From Candidatus Nomurabacteria bacterium (GTDB lineage Bacteria; Patescibacteriota; Saccharimonadia; Saccharimonadales; VXPC01), in the NCBI GenBank assembly GCA_020631905.1, contig JACKGQ010000001.1, forward strand, positions 101,854-165,853: a DNA stretch of 64,000 nucleotides, read 5' to 3'. Position numbers and translations under genes: made by a program. Under the pieces are notes generated by a model. It was not told the origin of the DNA, searched no databases, and worked only from the letters and a program-made list of their open reading frames with translations. This document shows positions 16,512 through 26,011 of the stretch, one piece after another. Positions within the stretch are counted from its first letter, which is position 1. Each line of letters starts with the position of its first letter.

Positions 16512-17243
16512 CTAGCTGCTCCAGCGCTCACGCCGAGCTTTAGCTGTGTGTCGCCTTTCGTTAGCCATCTGTTCGGCGGCAGTCGGCCGCCCTGTTTTAG
16601 GTGTATGCCGGGCAGGAGGCTTTGGCATACCACTCACACCAATACCACCACCAAGATCACGCTGAGCTTCCGACACGTCATCATCTAAAGAAGTCGGGGT
16701 TGCTCCTCCTTGTTCTTGAGCAGCTAATATTGCCAGGCCAGCTCCACCTAGCGCAGCAACATTCAAAACCTGTGCTTGACCGGCCTCCTGAGGCTGCTCT
16801 AGTGGCATACTGCTCGCTTGTCGGGCCATAGCCATAGCTCTTTGGGCAAGGGGTGATGTAGATTTTTCGCTTGCCATCTGTTGATATGCTGCAGTCAAGT
16901 CAATTGGCTTTTCGGCGTCAATGCCGAGACGATGCTCAAGTTCAGTAAGTTGATGTTCATCGAGAATCGATGGGTCTATTCCTATGCCATGTTCGGCAAG
17001 CAAAATATCAAGCTCAACAGCCGCAACTCTTGAAAGTGCTAGACGAGTATCTTCGCCGGCTTTAGCGGCTTGATCTAGATCGGCTAGCATTTTGGCTAGT
17101 ACTCTTGAGGCGATTTCTGGGTACTCTTTAAGTATTGTGGGAATATAGGGTGGATTATTAAAAAGCGCATCAGAAACTAGGTCGAGGCGTTGTCTATCTG
17201 GACGCGTCGTAGGTTCAAAAGAAGCTGAATCGTGCTGACTCAT
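16512..17243 (-). CDS. Hypothetical protein, acidic with an Ala/Gly-rich centre and basic C-terminus
   Basis: 243-aa ORF, locally GC-rich, with no recognisable domain. TATAAT (17250-17255, minus strand) lies 6 nt before the ATG. Confidence 0.5.
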   Translation of the reverse strand: MSQHDSASFEPTTRPDRQRLDLVSDALFNNPPYIPTILKEYPEIASRVLAKMLADLDQAAKAGEDTRLALSRVAAVELDILLAEHGIGIDPSILDEHQLTELEHRLGIDAEKPIDLTAAYQQMASEKSTSPLAQRAMAMARQASSMPLEQPQEAGQAQVLNVAALGGAGLAILAAQEQGGATPTSLDDDVSEAQRDLGGGIGVSGMPKPPARHTPKTGRPTAAEQMANERRHTAKARRERWSS

Positions 17244-17294
17244 GCCGTGATTATAGCATAAAACTTATGTTTTGTCTATGATTTAGATTACGCC

Positions 17295-17315
17295 AAAAAA
17301 CCGGGTTGATCCCGG
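17295..17315 (-). terminator. Rho-independent terminator
   Basis: CCGGG-ATCAA-CCCGG followed by TTTTTTGG on the minus strand, just downstream of the stop at 17345. Confidence 0.7.
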
Positions 17316-17344
17316 CTCTTGGTTAGATTAACAGTTGTTATCTG

Positions 17345-17548
17345 TTATTTTACGCGACGTACGGTTAGGAAACCGTTGCGTGGGTTCTCGCCTACTTCCA
17401 TATCAGCTGGCTTGTCGCAAGCTGTTTCTGGACGATGGTCCTTAGAGAAGTAGTAAATTGTTTGTTGCTTTCCACCGCGAAGGGTAACAACCTTGCTGTT
17501 TAGGTAGTAAGTTACGCCTTTAGAGTTAGTGTGCTTGTATCCGTCCAC
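17345..17548 (-). CDS. Small basic conserved-looking protein (67 aa), unknown function
   Basis: GTG 17548 is preceded by AAGGAGG with a 6-nt spacer (the track's longer 99-aa version lacks an RBS). Sequence VDGYKHTNSKGVTYYLNSKVVTLRGGKQQTIYYFSKD.... A terminator follows. Confidence 0.55.
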   Translation of the reverse strand: MDGYKHTNSKGVTYYLNSKVVTLRGGKQQTIYYFSKDHRPETACDKPADMEVGENPRNGFLTVRRVK

Positions 17549-17708
17549 TTTATCCCTCCTTAAATAGTAGTAATAACACCTTACTCTAGAGGCGTAACAC
17601 TTGTCAACACCTTTCAATGATAAATTATCAAAAAGAATGGACATACTTAAAGCATATGCGTTACAATTCTATGGTATTTTAAAGAGAGAAAGGGTGGAAT
17701 CGTTATAT

Positions 17709-18398
17709 ATGAACGAATTCATGCAACGGCCTTCACGCCCTGCTGCGCCAGTCGCTGCAGGCACCCACGAAGTCAGCCGAACAGAGGTAAAGAATAATCG
17801 AAAACTAGGGATTGGTGGCAAAAGCCAACATGTTGCAGCGGGTCTGCTAATGTTCTCGCTGGCAATTGTTGGTATCGCTGTCTTGGCATTGATGCTCCTT
17901 AATGGGAAAACTGCTGTACAGAAAGAAAACGAACGAGTTCTGGATGCTACCTATCAAGCTGTCTTTTTAGACGACTCAAACGGCCAGGTATACTTTGGAA
18001 AGCTCGAAGCAATTAATGGTGATAGCTACCGCCTGAGCGACATTTACTATGTTCAGGTACAATCGGCAATCCAGCCAGATAGCGGCAAGGAAGCTACTAC
18101 CTCGAAGATTAGTCTGGCAAAGCTCGGCAATGAATTACATGGACCAATAGACACCATGTACATTAATCGTAGCCATGTCTTGTTCTGGGAGAATCTTAAG
18201 ACATCTGGACAAGTTGTCTGCGCAATCAATGACTACCAGATCAATAAATTAGACATGAAAGATGTCACCAAAGACGAAAACTGCGGTAAAGATGCTGCCA
18301 CCGATACAACATCGGCAGATTCTACAGCTCAGCAGGCCACACAACCAGCTACCGACGATACAACCACCAACGACACAACTAACGATCCAGCTCAGTAA
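17709..18398 (+). CDS. Membrane-anchored protein with Thr/Asp-rich tail
   Basis: It starts at MNEFMQRPS with AAGGGTGGA upstream. One TM helix (AAGLLMFSLAIVGIAVLALMLL). Confidence 0.5.
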   Translation: MNEFMQRPSRPAAPVAAGTHEVSRTEVKNNRKLGIGGKSQHVAAGLLMFSLAIVGIAVLALMLLNGKTAVQKENERVLDATYQAVFLDDSNGQVYFGKLEAINGDSYRLSDIYYVQVQSAIQPDSGKEATTSKISLAKLGNELHGPIDTMYINRSHVLFWENLKTSGQVVCAINDYQINKLDMKDVTKDENCGKDAATDTTSADSTAQQATQPATDDTTTNDTTNDPAQ

Positions 18399-18441
18399 CC
18401 AGGCAGTTGACTTAACTCCTAAGGCCCTAATCGATAGGGTC

Positions 18442-19083
18442 TTAGTTATTTTTTACACGCCTAGCAATAATCGCGCCAACAATAAATCTTAATAGAAGAA
18501 GTATGATTGTTAAGCCAAATATTATCAGCGAAAAACCCGCAAGATCGGGCGACCAGACAGGACTGGCAAAGTCATAAACATAAAAATCTTTTGATAATGG
18601 TTCGACTTGAGGGAATTTGTCGTGGCTTAGGTTGGCTAGTTCCTGGTTAACGCACTGGAGTCGTTCGGAAATAGGCACCGAGCTGACTTCACAAGCAATC
18701 CGTGCCTCACCCAATAAACTTAGATTTGCCTGAGAACTTTTGACATATGTAGCTATATTTAAAATCGAGTCATAATAATATTTGTAAGCAAGTTGGACTG
18801 GGGCTTCACCGTCAATAGCTAGTTCTCTACCGCGACTTAAATCTGTATTCATGTGAGTTGTTACGAAATTAGCCAGTTCTTTGAGTTTTTCGTCGAGCTG
18901 CTGTTGTCCCTCGCCTTGTTCGTCGGCAGTAAGCACTGCCTCACGCAGCTCCACCATTCTTAAGTTGTTGTTACGTAATCCGTAGACACTCCCTAGCCCG
19001 CTCAAAACGACCATTAAACCAATTGACCACAACGACAATGAGCCCCAGATTTTCCACAAATGTCGACTAAGCCGCTTATGCAT
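18442..19083 (-). CDS. Hypothetical membrane protein (N- and C-terminal TM helices)
   Basis: 213-aa ORF with hydrophobic termini and no known motif. Confidence 0.5.
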   Translation of the reverse strand: MHKRLSRHLWKIWGSLSLWSIGLMVVLSGLGSVYGLRNNNLRMVELREAVLTADEQGEGQQQLDEKLKELANFVTTHMNTDLSRGRELAIDGEAPVQLAYKYYYDSILNIATYVKSSQANLSLLGEARIACEVSSVPISERLQCVNQELANLSHDKFPQVEPLSKDFYVYDFASPVWSPDLAGFSLIIFGLTIILLLLRFIVGAIIARRVKNN

Positions 19084-19137
19084 ATCAAAAGTATAGCTTA
19101 TTTATACAAGCTGGCGAAGGCGGCGTATACTTGGTTC

Positions 19138-20418
19138 ATGCACATTTTCTTATCGGGTATCGGGGGAGCCGGGATTGGCCCTTTAGCACGAATAGCCTTG
19201 GAGTTAGGCTATCAGGTGTCTGGCTCCGATATGAAAGAAAGCCCGTACCTAGATGATCTTCGACAGTTAGGTATCAACATACTCCCCGGGCAAGACGGTA
19301 CACAGATGGAAGCAATTCACAAACAGCACGAAATAGACTGGTTTGTGTATGCTTCTGCTGTTTCAATGGCCAACCCTGATGGTCCTGAGTTTCAGGTGGC
19401 TCGAAAATACCATATAAAAAGTACCAAACGAGACGAGTTCTTGAATCACATTATTCAAGAGGCGGGATTTAAACTATTGGCAATCGCCGGTACGCACGGC
19501 AAAACAACTACAACCGCCATGTGTGTCTGGCTGTTCCAGCAGCTAAACCTAAAGGCAAGTTGGTCGGTTGGAGGTAAAATGCCGTTCGCGAACATGGGGC
19601 ATGCTCAGATGGACGCCGAATGGTTTATTTATGAATGCGATGAATTTGACAGAAATTTCTTAGCTTTCCGGCCAGATAAGTCGATAATCAGCGGTCTGGC
19701 TTATGACCACCACGAAATTTATCCATCCCAAGAACTTTATAATCAGGCATTTATTCAATTTATCGATCAATCGGAACAAGTCCTAATTTACCAAAACGAC
19801 TTCGAAAGACTTTATGGCAACAAGCATGTGCCACTAAATCTTAAAATAGTAGATAATCGGTATGCCGAAAACGTCTCACTTGCCGGCTGGGTAAACCAGC
19901 TTGACGCCGGTTTGGCTGTGCACGCACTCGCCGATATCACCAACCAACCCGTAGATAAGTTACTAGAAATTATTAATCGATTTCCGGGGATTGCCCGACG
20001 GTTTGAATATCTGACTCCAAATTTAGTGACAGATTATGCCCATACACCTGAAAAAATTGCCGGTTGCCTCGCCATGGCAAAAGAGAAAAATGAGCATATG
20101 GTCGTTGTTTATGAACCCTTAACCAACCGGCGCCAACATTTTATTAAAAGCGCTTACGAGAGTCTCTTTGCCGGCATAGAGAAGCTTTATTGGCTGCCCG
20201 CATACCAAGCGCGAGAACACCCCGAATACCGTAATTTCGAACCGCAAGAACTGATAAATTACATGGGTAACCCCGAGATAGCTACACCGGCCGCTTTAGA
20301 TAATAATCTGAAACACGCAATCGAAGAACACCGTGCAAATAATCAACTCGTGATTGCCCTTAGTGGTGGTGGAGCGGGCAGTCTAGATGCTTGGCTGCGC
20401 GTACAAAAATGGTCTTAA
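19138..20418 (+). CDS. murC: Mur ligase family enzyme, MurC-like (UDP-N-acetylmuramate--L-alanine ligase)
   Basis: N-terminal HIFLSGIGGAGIGPLARIALELGYQVSGSD and the P-loop AIAGTHGKTTTTAM. The start is taken at ATG 19138, which fits the conserved N-terminus. MurC versus Mpl cannot be resolved by eye. Confidence 0.7.
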   Translation: MHIFLSGIGGAGIGPLARIALELGYQVSGSDMKESPYLDDLRQLGINILPGQDGTQMEAIHKQHEIDWFVYASAVSMANPDGPEFQVARKYHIKSTKRDEFLNHIIQEAGFKLLAIAGTHGKTTTTAMCVWLFQQLNLKASWSVGGKMPFANMGHAQMDAEWFIYECDEFDRNFLAFRPDKSIISGLAYDHHEIYPSQELYNQAFIQFIDQSEQVLIYQNDFERLYGNKHVPLNLKIVDNRYAENVSLAGWVNQLDAGLAVHALADITNQPVDKLLEIINRFPGIARRFEYLTPNLVTDYAHTPEKIAGCLAMAKEKNEHMVVVYEPLTNRRQHFIKSAYESLFAGIEKLYWLPAYQAREHPEYRNFEPQELINYMGNPEIATPAALDNNLKHAIEEHRANNQLVIALSGGGAGSLDAWLRVQKWS

Positions 20419-20756
20419 AAACCAATGATCGACTTATCGAGCTCACTACTATCAAAGTCTGCCCTTGGACTTAAGTTACTGGTATGTTGCAAAATGTTCT
20501 CTTGAATGAAGAGTAGTTCTGATGAACTTAGAACGCCATCGTTATTGATACCATCAGCTGCAATTGTTCCGCCATCGTAGCCATGATTCGCACGCTGAAT
20601 CGATTGAACCGTGTCTTTAGTTTCTGATTGCCAGAACATTGTAAAAGACACCATTGTCATCAAAAAGGCTACAATCAATAAGCCCAGTAGCGAGACGGCT
20701 GGTTTTGACTGGCGTTTCTCGCGAATCTCAGTTATCTCTGAGGTAACTATATTCAT
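20415..20756 (-). CDS. Hypothetical membrane-anchored protein
   Basis: 113 aa with one TM helix. It overlaps the upstream gene by 4 nt. Confidence 0.45.
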   Translation of the reverse strand: MNIVTSEITEIREKRQSKPAVSLLGLLIVAFLMTMVSFTMFWQSETKDTVQSIQRANHGYDGGTIAADGINNDGVLSSSELLFIQENILQHTSNLSPRADFDSSELDKSIIGF

Positions 20757-21355
20757 CTATTGGCCTCAATGTCTTTTAGCTTATCTAATGTGGTTTGAAA
20801 TGCATTGCTCAATTCACCATCGCGAAAATCTACGATTGACTCGGCAGATCCTAGAACTAGCTTACGCCTAAATCTTGCTTCTTCTAAGCCAGCCACAAAG
20901 TGCTCAGGGAAAACTTGGCAATCAATCACTAGAAGTTCGTCCAGCGCCTTAGAGTATATGGTAACCGCTGCTGTGAACTCTTCGTTAATTCGGGCTAAAT
21001 GAACGCCTGCTAAGTCCAGACTCGAACTATCTTCAGACATGTTATTGAGTGCGTTGGCGGTATATTTAATCGTGGAGTCAATATTCGAAACAGCTTGAGT
21101 GTACTTTTGTTCTAACGAGGGTAGATCGGTGCTCATCGTTTGGATGGTAGTTGCCTGGAGGTTGCGACAAACGCGAAGGACATCAGTCCTTTCTTCTGTG
21201 GACAGCTTAATTGCATAGGTATCAACTAACTGGCTCAAATGGCTGATTGCCTGCTCTCGTGCAACTCCAACATCAGCTCCAATCGCCCGAACGGGCCAAC
21301 TTAAGACAAAGCCGACAGCAACAATTGCAACAAGTGATAGAATTCTTAGTTTCAT
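20753..21355 (-). CDS. Hypothetical secreted helical protein
   Basis: The start at MKLRILSLVAIVAVGFVLSWPVRA (signal peptide) is preferred over the track's GTG at 21415. Confidence 0.45.
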   Translation of the reverse strand: MKLRILSLVAIVAVGFVLSWPVRAIGADVGVAREQAISHLSQLVDTYAIKLSTEERTDVLRVCRNLQATTIQTMSTDLPSLEQKYTQAVSNIDSTIKYTANALNNMSEDSSSLDLAGVHLARINEEFTAAVTIYSKALDELLVIDCQVFPEHFVAGLEEARFRRKLVLGSAESIVDFRDGELSNAFQTTLDKLKDIEANR

Positions 21356-21464
21356 TACACCATATACTAACAATTTATCGACAATTATTTGAGTCTTTTT
21401 CGTCTGCCTATACACTTTGTGATATGCTTATGTGCAAATTAACGGGTGGCTAATCGGGGGTAGT

Positions 21465-22472
21465 ATGCAATTAAAAGCCTTGCGTCAACAATACCTTGCT
21501 GGTCTAGGCATAACATTAGGTCTAAGTGCATGGTATGCAGGTTATTTTGGTAACGATGGGTTATGGTCATGGTTCGGTTTGATATTTTTTGCCTATGGGT
21601 TGTGGTCTGTGGCTAGTACTTGGCACGGCTTGAACACAAAAGACAGCTTAGTCCGCGGAGCTATCTATGGTGGAGTGAGTGTTTTGATAGCGCGTTTTAG
21701 CCTACTACTGGGCGTACATTACACTTATGGGAGCTGGAGTGTGCCTGGATCTGAAAATTATGATATCGCAAATGGGTTAAAAGATGTCTATCGGATACTG
21801 TTAAATGGGAGTTTCGGCCAGACGGTATCAATTGTTTTGCTTGGCGCACTGATAGGTATCTTGTCGGCAAGCATTACAAAGTTCGCCAACATCCGAAGAA
21901 CCGAAAAAATAGAAGACTTTCAAGCTGGTCTTAAAGTTATCGGGACAGTTGTTGGGGTTGGCTTGCTGGCCCTTATAGTAGCGGTGTCAACAGATGTTCG
22001 CTCAACCAGCCTAAAACGAGTCGCCGACTTTCTAGACTATCAACTTGCCCTACAAAGCCAAAACGATAAAGACGAAAGACAGAACGTTAACCTTAGCGAT
22101 ATAACCTATGAAGAACTCGAGGAGTTAAGCCGCGACTACGATCCCTATGCAAAACTTGTGAGCAATTATGATATCGAGGCAGCCCTCTCTGCAGAAGTCG
22201 ACCCCGAACAGCAAGCACTAATCAGCACCCCGGAACAACCAAGCGATGACAACGTGTCCTCACCTCAAGTCGCCGACGATCAGTATGAGGTAAAATCAGG
22301 TGACACATACGCCTGTATTGCCGAGAAGATATATGGGGACTACAAGCTTTGGCCGAAGATCATGGCCGAGAATGATGGTATTGGCTATCACGAGCATTTC
22401 TTGTATGTGGGCAATATCGTTCAGCTTCCAGATTTACCAATCGCCGAATCTACTACTCATATCTGCGATTAA
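21465..22472 (+). CDS. Polytopic membrane protein with C-terminal LysM domain
   Basis: Several TM helices and an acidic linker. The C-terminus YEVKSGDTYACIAEKIYGDYKLWPKIMAEN...VGNIVQLP matches LysM. The start is uncertain (GTG 21432 or ATG 21465). Confidence 0.6.
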   Translation: MQLKALRQQYLAGLGITLGLSAWYAGYFGNDGLWSWFGLIFFAYGLWSVASTWHGLNTKDSLVRGAIYGGVSVLIARFSLLLGVHYTYGSWSVPGSENYDIANGLKDVYRILLNGSFGQTVSIVLLGALIGILSASITKFANIRRTEKIEDFQAGLKVIGTVVGVGLLALIVAVSTDVRSTSLKRVADFLDYQLALQSQNDKDERQNVNLSDITYEELEELSRDYDPYAKLVSNYDIEAALSAEVDPEQQALISTPEQPSDDNVSSPQVADDQYEVKSGDTYACIAEKIYGDYKLWPKIMAENDGIGYHEHFLYVGNIVQLPDLPIAESTTHICD

Positions 22473-24265
22473 CAACCCTTTTCTGTAACAGTAACTCCAT
22501 ATTTGTCGCCTAAATAGGCTTCTACTTCGTTTAGTTCAGTGCACTCTAAGGCTTTGTCATAAACGATCACCTCAGCCACATCGACATTCGCATAGTCGGT
22601 TCCACCAGAGCCCGAACGCCTTCCTGCAACATAAAGCTGATTAATGCTATAGTTGATATTACTGATCTGTTCTGAGTAATTTTCAACTCCATCTCTTAAC
22701 AATCTTTCTACCCAGCTAGCGCTTATTCGGGATGTGTATATTGACCATGTATTGTCTACCGCATTAGACACCGTTTCGCCTGTTTGGTTGCGATAATATT
22801 GCATTAATTGAGAAGTAGAGCCGTTCCTCATAAGCAAAGCTATGCCGTCATAGGTGTTATAGTCATCATTCTGCGTGGAACGCATAGCTGACAAGAATCT
22901 GGCATTAGAAGATGAAGAAGTCATTGGTCGCATAACCATAAAAGCAGTAATGCCATTATTCGAACTAAGACTACTTAAAGTCGACCCTAAGGTTCCACCA
23001 GTAAAGGTGAGTGCATCCATGCCGTTTATGGCTCCTTTACTCAATGTTGGATAAACCCCATAGGCTAAAGATACATCATTATTGTTGACCGATTTATCTA
23101 TCCATGTTGCAACTTGATCACCATTATTGGTTGCGTATCCACCTCCCGAAACACCCGTGTTCCATTCTACATAGAGCTGAGGCACGCCGGCGCTAGACCC
23201 AGATTCTGCCGTACGGACTCCACCACCCTGTATATATGAAATTACAAACGCAATTGCATTGCCAGTAGACCAGCCACTGCGATTAACTATTTCTTGAACT
23301 ATGCCTGTAACATCTACTCTCTCGTTTGCACCACTAGCACCTACTACATTCCAGTTTGGTGGCTTCCAGGTGACACTCTCGGCAGTTTGAGTGGTGTGTA
23401 GCGCAGTATAGCTAGAGTTGGTCCACTGAGGAGCGTTATCGCTAGCTACGGCTCGCACCAGTAAATCAATCGAGCCTGCCTGCTTAGTCTCGTCGGTAGT
23501 AAATTGTATGTATGCTTTATTAACAGTTGCATTTTTGGGTGCATTTAGTCCTCTAAATCTTAGCCCAATAGTTTGATGACCAAAGTTATAGCCGTCGTAG
23601 GACATTTCTAGGTCTGATGTAGTAAAGTATGGAACACCTGGTCCAGATGCTGCATCGGGACCTTTTTCTTCAACGATATCACGATAACTGGAACCATAAA
23701 GAGCATTGATGTATTGGTTGTCTGCACCGCCGGTTACAGGTTGAATAAGACTGTCCGGCTCGTTGGCATCTAACCATAAAAGTGGTTCATAAGTAGCAGG
23801 GTCAATGATTGTACTGCCGCCACCGCCGCCGGTACCGCAAGTAGCACAGACGATTACTTCACCATTCCTGATAATGCTTGCTTTTATATCTCTAACATAA
23901 TCAGCTGTCGCCGAAGCCTCTGGGATATAAACTCTTCCATAAGCCTGTATCCTCTTGGCATTTGTTCCCTGGCTGTACAATACGTTCACTTGGATTGTCA
24001 GACGATACTTAGTTGTGATAACTAAGTCTTGCTCTGGCGTGCCACTATAGTTTTGATTGAGCTCGTACTGCTCTTCTGCATAGTCGATTGCAGCCTTGCT
24101 AGCAATATGAGCCATCTGGGTATATGAGTAACGTATTGTCGCGCGTTGAGCTTGCAGAGAAGCCTGCAACAGAGTGAGACCGAGGCTGGTAATAATAACC
24201 ATGAAGGTCAGAACTACAGGCATCATGAATGCCTTTTCCTGTCTGTATAGTTTTAGATTCTTCAT
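22469..24265 (-). CDS. Type IV pilus minor-pilin-associated protein (PilX-N-like) with C-terminal LamG/concanavalin-like domain
   Basis: N-terminal hydrophobic segment MPVVLTFMVIITSLGLTLLQASLQAQR. The C-terminal lectin-like region ends ...LYVAGRRSGSGGTDYANVDVAEVIVYDKAL. It lies in an operon with two pseudopilins. Confidence 0.6.
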   Translation of the reverse strand: MKNLKLYRQEKAFMMPVVLTFMVIITSLGLTLLQASLQAQRATIRYSYTQMAHIASKAAIDYAEEQYELNQNYSGTPEQDLVITTKYRLTIQVNVLYSQGTNAKRIQAYGRVYIPEASATADYVRDIKASIIRNGEVIVCATCGTGGGGGSTIIDPATYEPLLWLDANEPDSLIQPVTGGADNQYINALYGSSYRDIVEEKGPDAASGPGVPYFTTSDLEMSYDGYNFGHQTIGLRFRGLNAPKNATVNKAYIQFTTDETKQAGSIDLLVRAVASDNAPQWTNSSYTALHTTQTAESVTWKPPNWNVVGASGANERVDVTGIVQEIVNRSGWSTGNAIAFVISYIQGGGVRTAESGSSAGVPQLYVEWNTGVSGGGYATNNGDQVATWIDKSVNNNDVSLAYGVYPTLSKGAINGMDALTFTGGTLGSTLSSLSSNNGITAFMVMRPMTSSSSNARFLSAMRSTQNDDYNTYDGIALLMRNGSTSQLMQYYRNQTGETVSNAVDNTWSIYTSRISASWVERLLRDGVENYSEQISNINYSINQLYVAGRRSGSGGTDYANVDVAEVIVYDKALECTELNEVEAYLGDKYGVTVTEKGC

Positions 24266-24266
24266 T

Positions 24267-25007
24267 CTAGTTAATCTTCTTCATTATAAATTTCGAGGTT
24301 ACACGTATTTCTTCACCAAACGAATCATCACCAAGAGTTACAGTTAGTTCTACTTTTTCTGCCGAACCAGGCACAGTGGTGGCATTATTATTTTCATCAA
24401 AGTAAGCAACCTGAAAGTCTATGAGCTTATTGGTGAGCTCGGCGTCTGGCGCCACGCACGGACCAGTGCCTACATACTGGTTTGGACACGTCTGAACCTT
24501 AAAGTTAACACCACAAATAGAATATTGTGGCGTAAGTGTACGTTTGTACAAAGTCTTGTAATTATTATTCGAGTTGTTCTTCGTGAAATAAACAAGGTTG
24601 TTGATTGCAATTTGGTTATAACCACTCGAGCAACCATATTGGTTTTTATAAATAAAGTCGCGATTTGGGTCGCGCCTATCTGAATCTAATGCTGTTTCAT
24701 AGATTATTAGAGTATTAGGACTAGTGTTATTCTTCCAGCCTCCGGAAGGCGCGTATGGGTCTGTAAGTGCCAGACTACCCCCTATGGTCGTCGAACCATA
24801 CTCGGTTGTGAATAGTAGCTCGTCTTCTAAATTTAATAGCATGGTTTGTGCTTCAAGCCTTAAGTTAGCTTCGGTCGTTTCATTGATCATATGGCCATAC
24901 TGGGCAAACATATACATAAACAATGTGCCCGTTATCAGAGCTATTATTGGCATAACTATGAGCAGTTCGACCAGACTAAAGCCACGCTCGTTTTCTTTTA
25001 TGCTCAT
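24267..25007 (-). CDS. Prepilin-type N-terminal cleavage/methylation domain protein (minor pseudopilin)
   Basis: ERGFSLVELLIVMPIIALI is the class III signal (G|FSLVE). Confidence 0.8.
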   Translation of the reverse strand: MSIKENERGFSLVELLIVMPIIALITGTLFMYMFAQYGHMINETTEANLRLEAQTMLLNLEDELLFTTEYGSTTIGGSLALTDPYAPSGGWKNNTSPNTLIIYETALDSDRRDPNRDFIYKNQYGCSSGYNQIAINNLVYFTKNNSNNNYKTLYKRTLTPQYSICGVNFKVQTCPNQYVGTGPCVAPDAELTNKLIDFQVAYFDENNNATTVPGSAEKVELTVTLGDDSFGEEIRVTSKFIMKKIN

Positions 25008-25438
25008 CTGCCGACCCCACCTAGTTGTATGTAGGTTGCATACTCTATTCTTCTAGTTTCGCTGCCGTATTGAAAATCCAGTACTACACGTAATTTTAAT
25101 AGCGAGCCCGATCCAGGCATATACTGACTATAAACCTTAGCAACAGGGTCTATAACCAAGCCCGCTGATTTCGAATTTACCTCCGCGCTCCAATCTTCTA
25201 CTTCATAGTTACTGCCAGCGTCACCAACGGGTATTGATGTGAAATCCCTGGTTTCATAAGATTGCAGCTTACCAAAAGTAAGTGAATTTGCTTCTGCATA
25301 CTGTCTTGTTCTCGAATTTGTCTGATTGCTCACCTTGGTAATATCAAAACCTACTATGACTATTACCACAACGACAAACAAAGTCATCATGACTTCGATC
25401 AGTGTAAACCCACCACGCTCTGATGCAAGCCCTCTCAT
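25004..25438 (-). CDS. Prepilin-type N-terminal cleavage/methylation domain protein (minor pseudopilin)
   Basis: ERGGFTLIEVMMTLFVVVVIV is the class III signal. It overlaps the next gene by 4 nt. Confidence 0.8.
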   Translation of the reverse strand: MRGLASERGGFTLIEVMMTLFVVVVIVIVGFDITKVSNQTNSRTRQYAEANSLTFGKLQSYETRDFTSIPVGDAGSNYEVEDWSAEVNSKSAGLVIDPVAKVYSQYMPGSGSLLKLRVVLDFQYGSETRRIEYATYIQLGGVGR

Positions 25439-25492
25439 TGAGTGTTAATTATAAAGCTTGTGCTTAATGAATGCCAATTGCCTTCAAGCAAA

Positions 25493-26011
25493 CTAAGGTT
25501 TTGGGTTAAGTAACGACATAGCTGACCTGGCTGCTACTCTGTATAGCTCCACTACGGGTAGCCTACCATTAGTAAGATAGCCCGTGCAATCCCTGGTAAG
25601 CACCGTGTCTACGCCAAAAACTGACCCTAGAGCAGTACTTAGGTCAACGTCATCTTTAATGACTAAATCAATGACACTTTTAGGCACTTCAACTCTTTCA
25701 GACTCAGCCATTACTTGCCTGCCCTGCCGATCAGTAGCAACAACAATACCTACATCAAACCACTGACCTTCATGAAGAAATAAACCGCCTTCCATGCCTA
25801 CTGCTATTCTGGCAGTTAAATTTGCTTTAAGGGCCCTCTCAGATCTATTCTTTGCTCCTTCAAGCGTAGAATTAAAACCAAAGGGTTGATCACTCACGCC
25901 AGAACTCACATCGCATCCAACAACAGCAGCATTTGGCAATTCTAGGTCTTGAGCGGCCAAGCGTACTGCTTCTATCTTTGGCGATCTGCGAGTTCCAGCA
26001 ACAATTAGCAT
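25493..26011 (-). CDS. Inosine/xanthosine triphosphatase (YjjX/DUF84 NTPase family)
   Basis: ...SPKIEAV...VSSGVSDQPFGFNSTLEGAKNRSERAL...AVGMEGGL matches the YjjX pattern (NP.K......v.SGV..QP.g.eET..GA.nR). Confidence 0.7.
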   Translation of the reverse strand: MLIVAGTRRSPKIEAVRLAAQDLELPNAAVVGCDVSSGVSDQPFGFNSTLEGAKNRSERALKANLTARIAVGMEGGLFLHEGQWFDVGIVVATDRQGRQVMAESERVEVPKSVIDLVIKDDVDLSTALGSVFGVDTVLTRDCTGYLTNGRLPVVELYRVAARSAMSLLNPKP

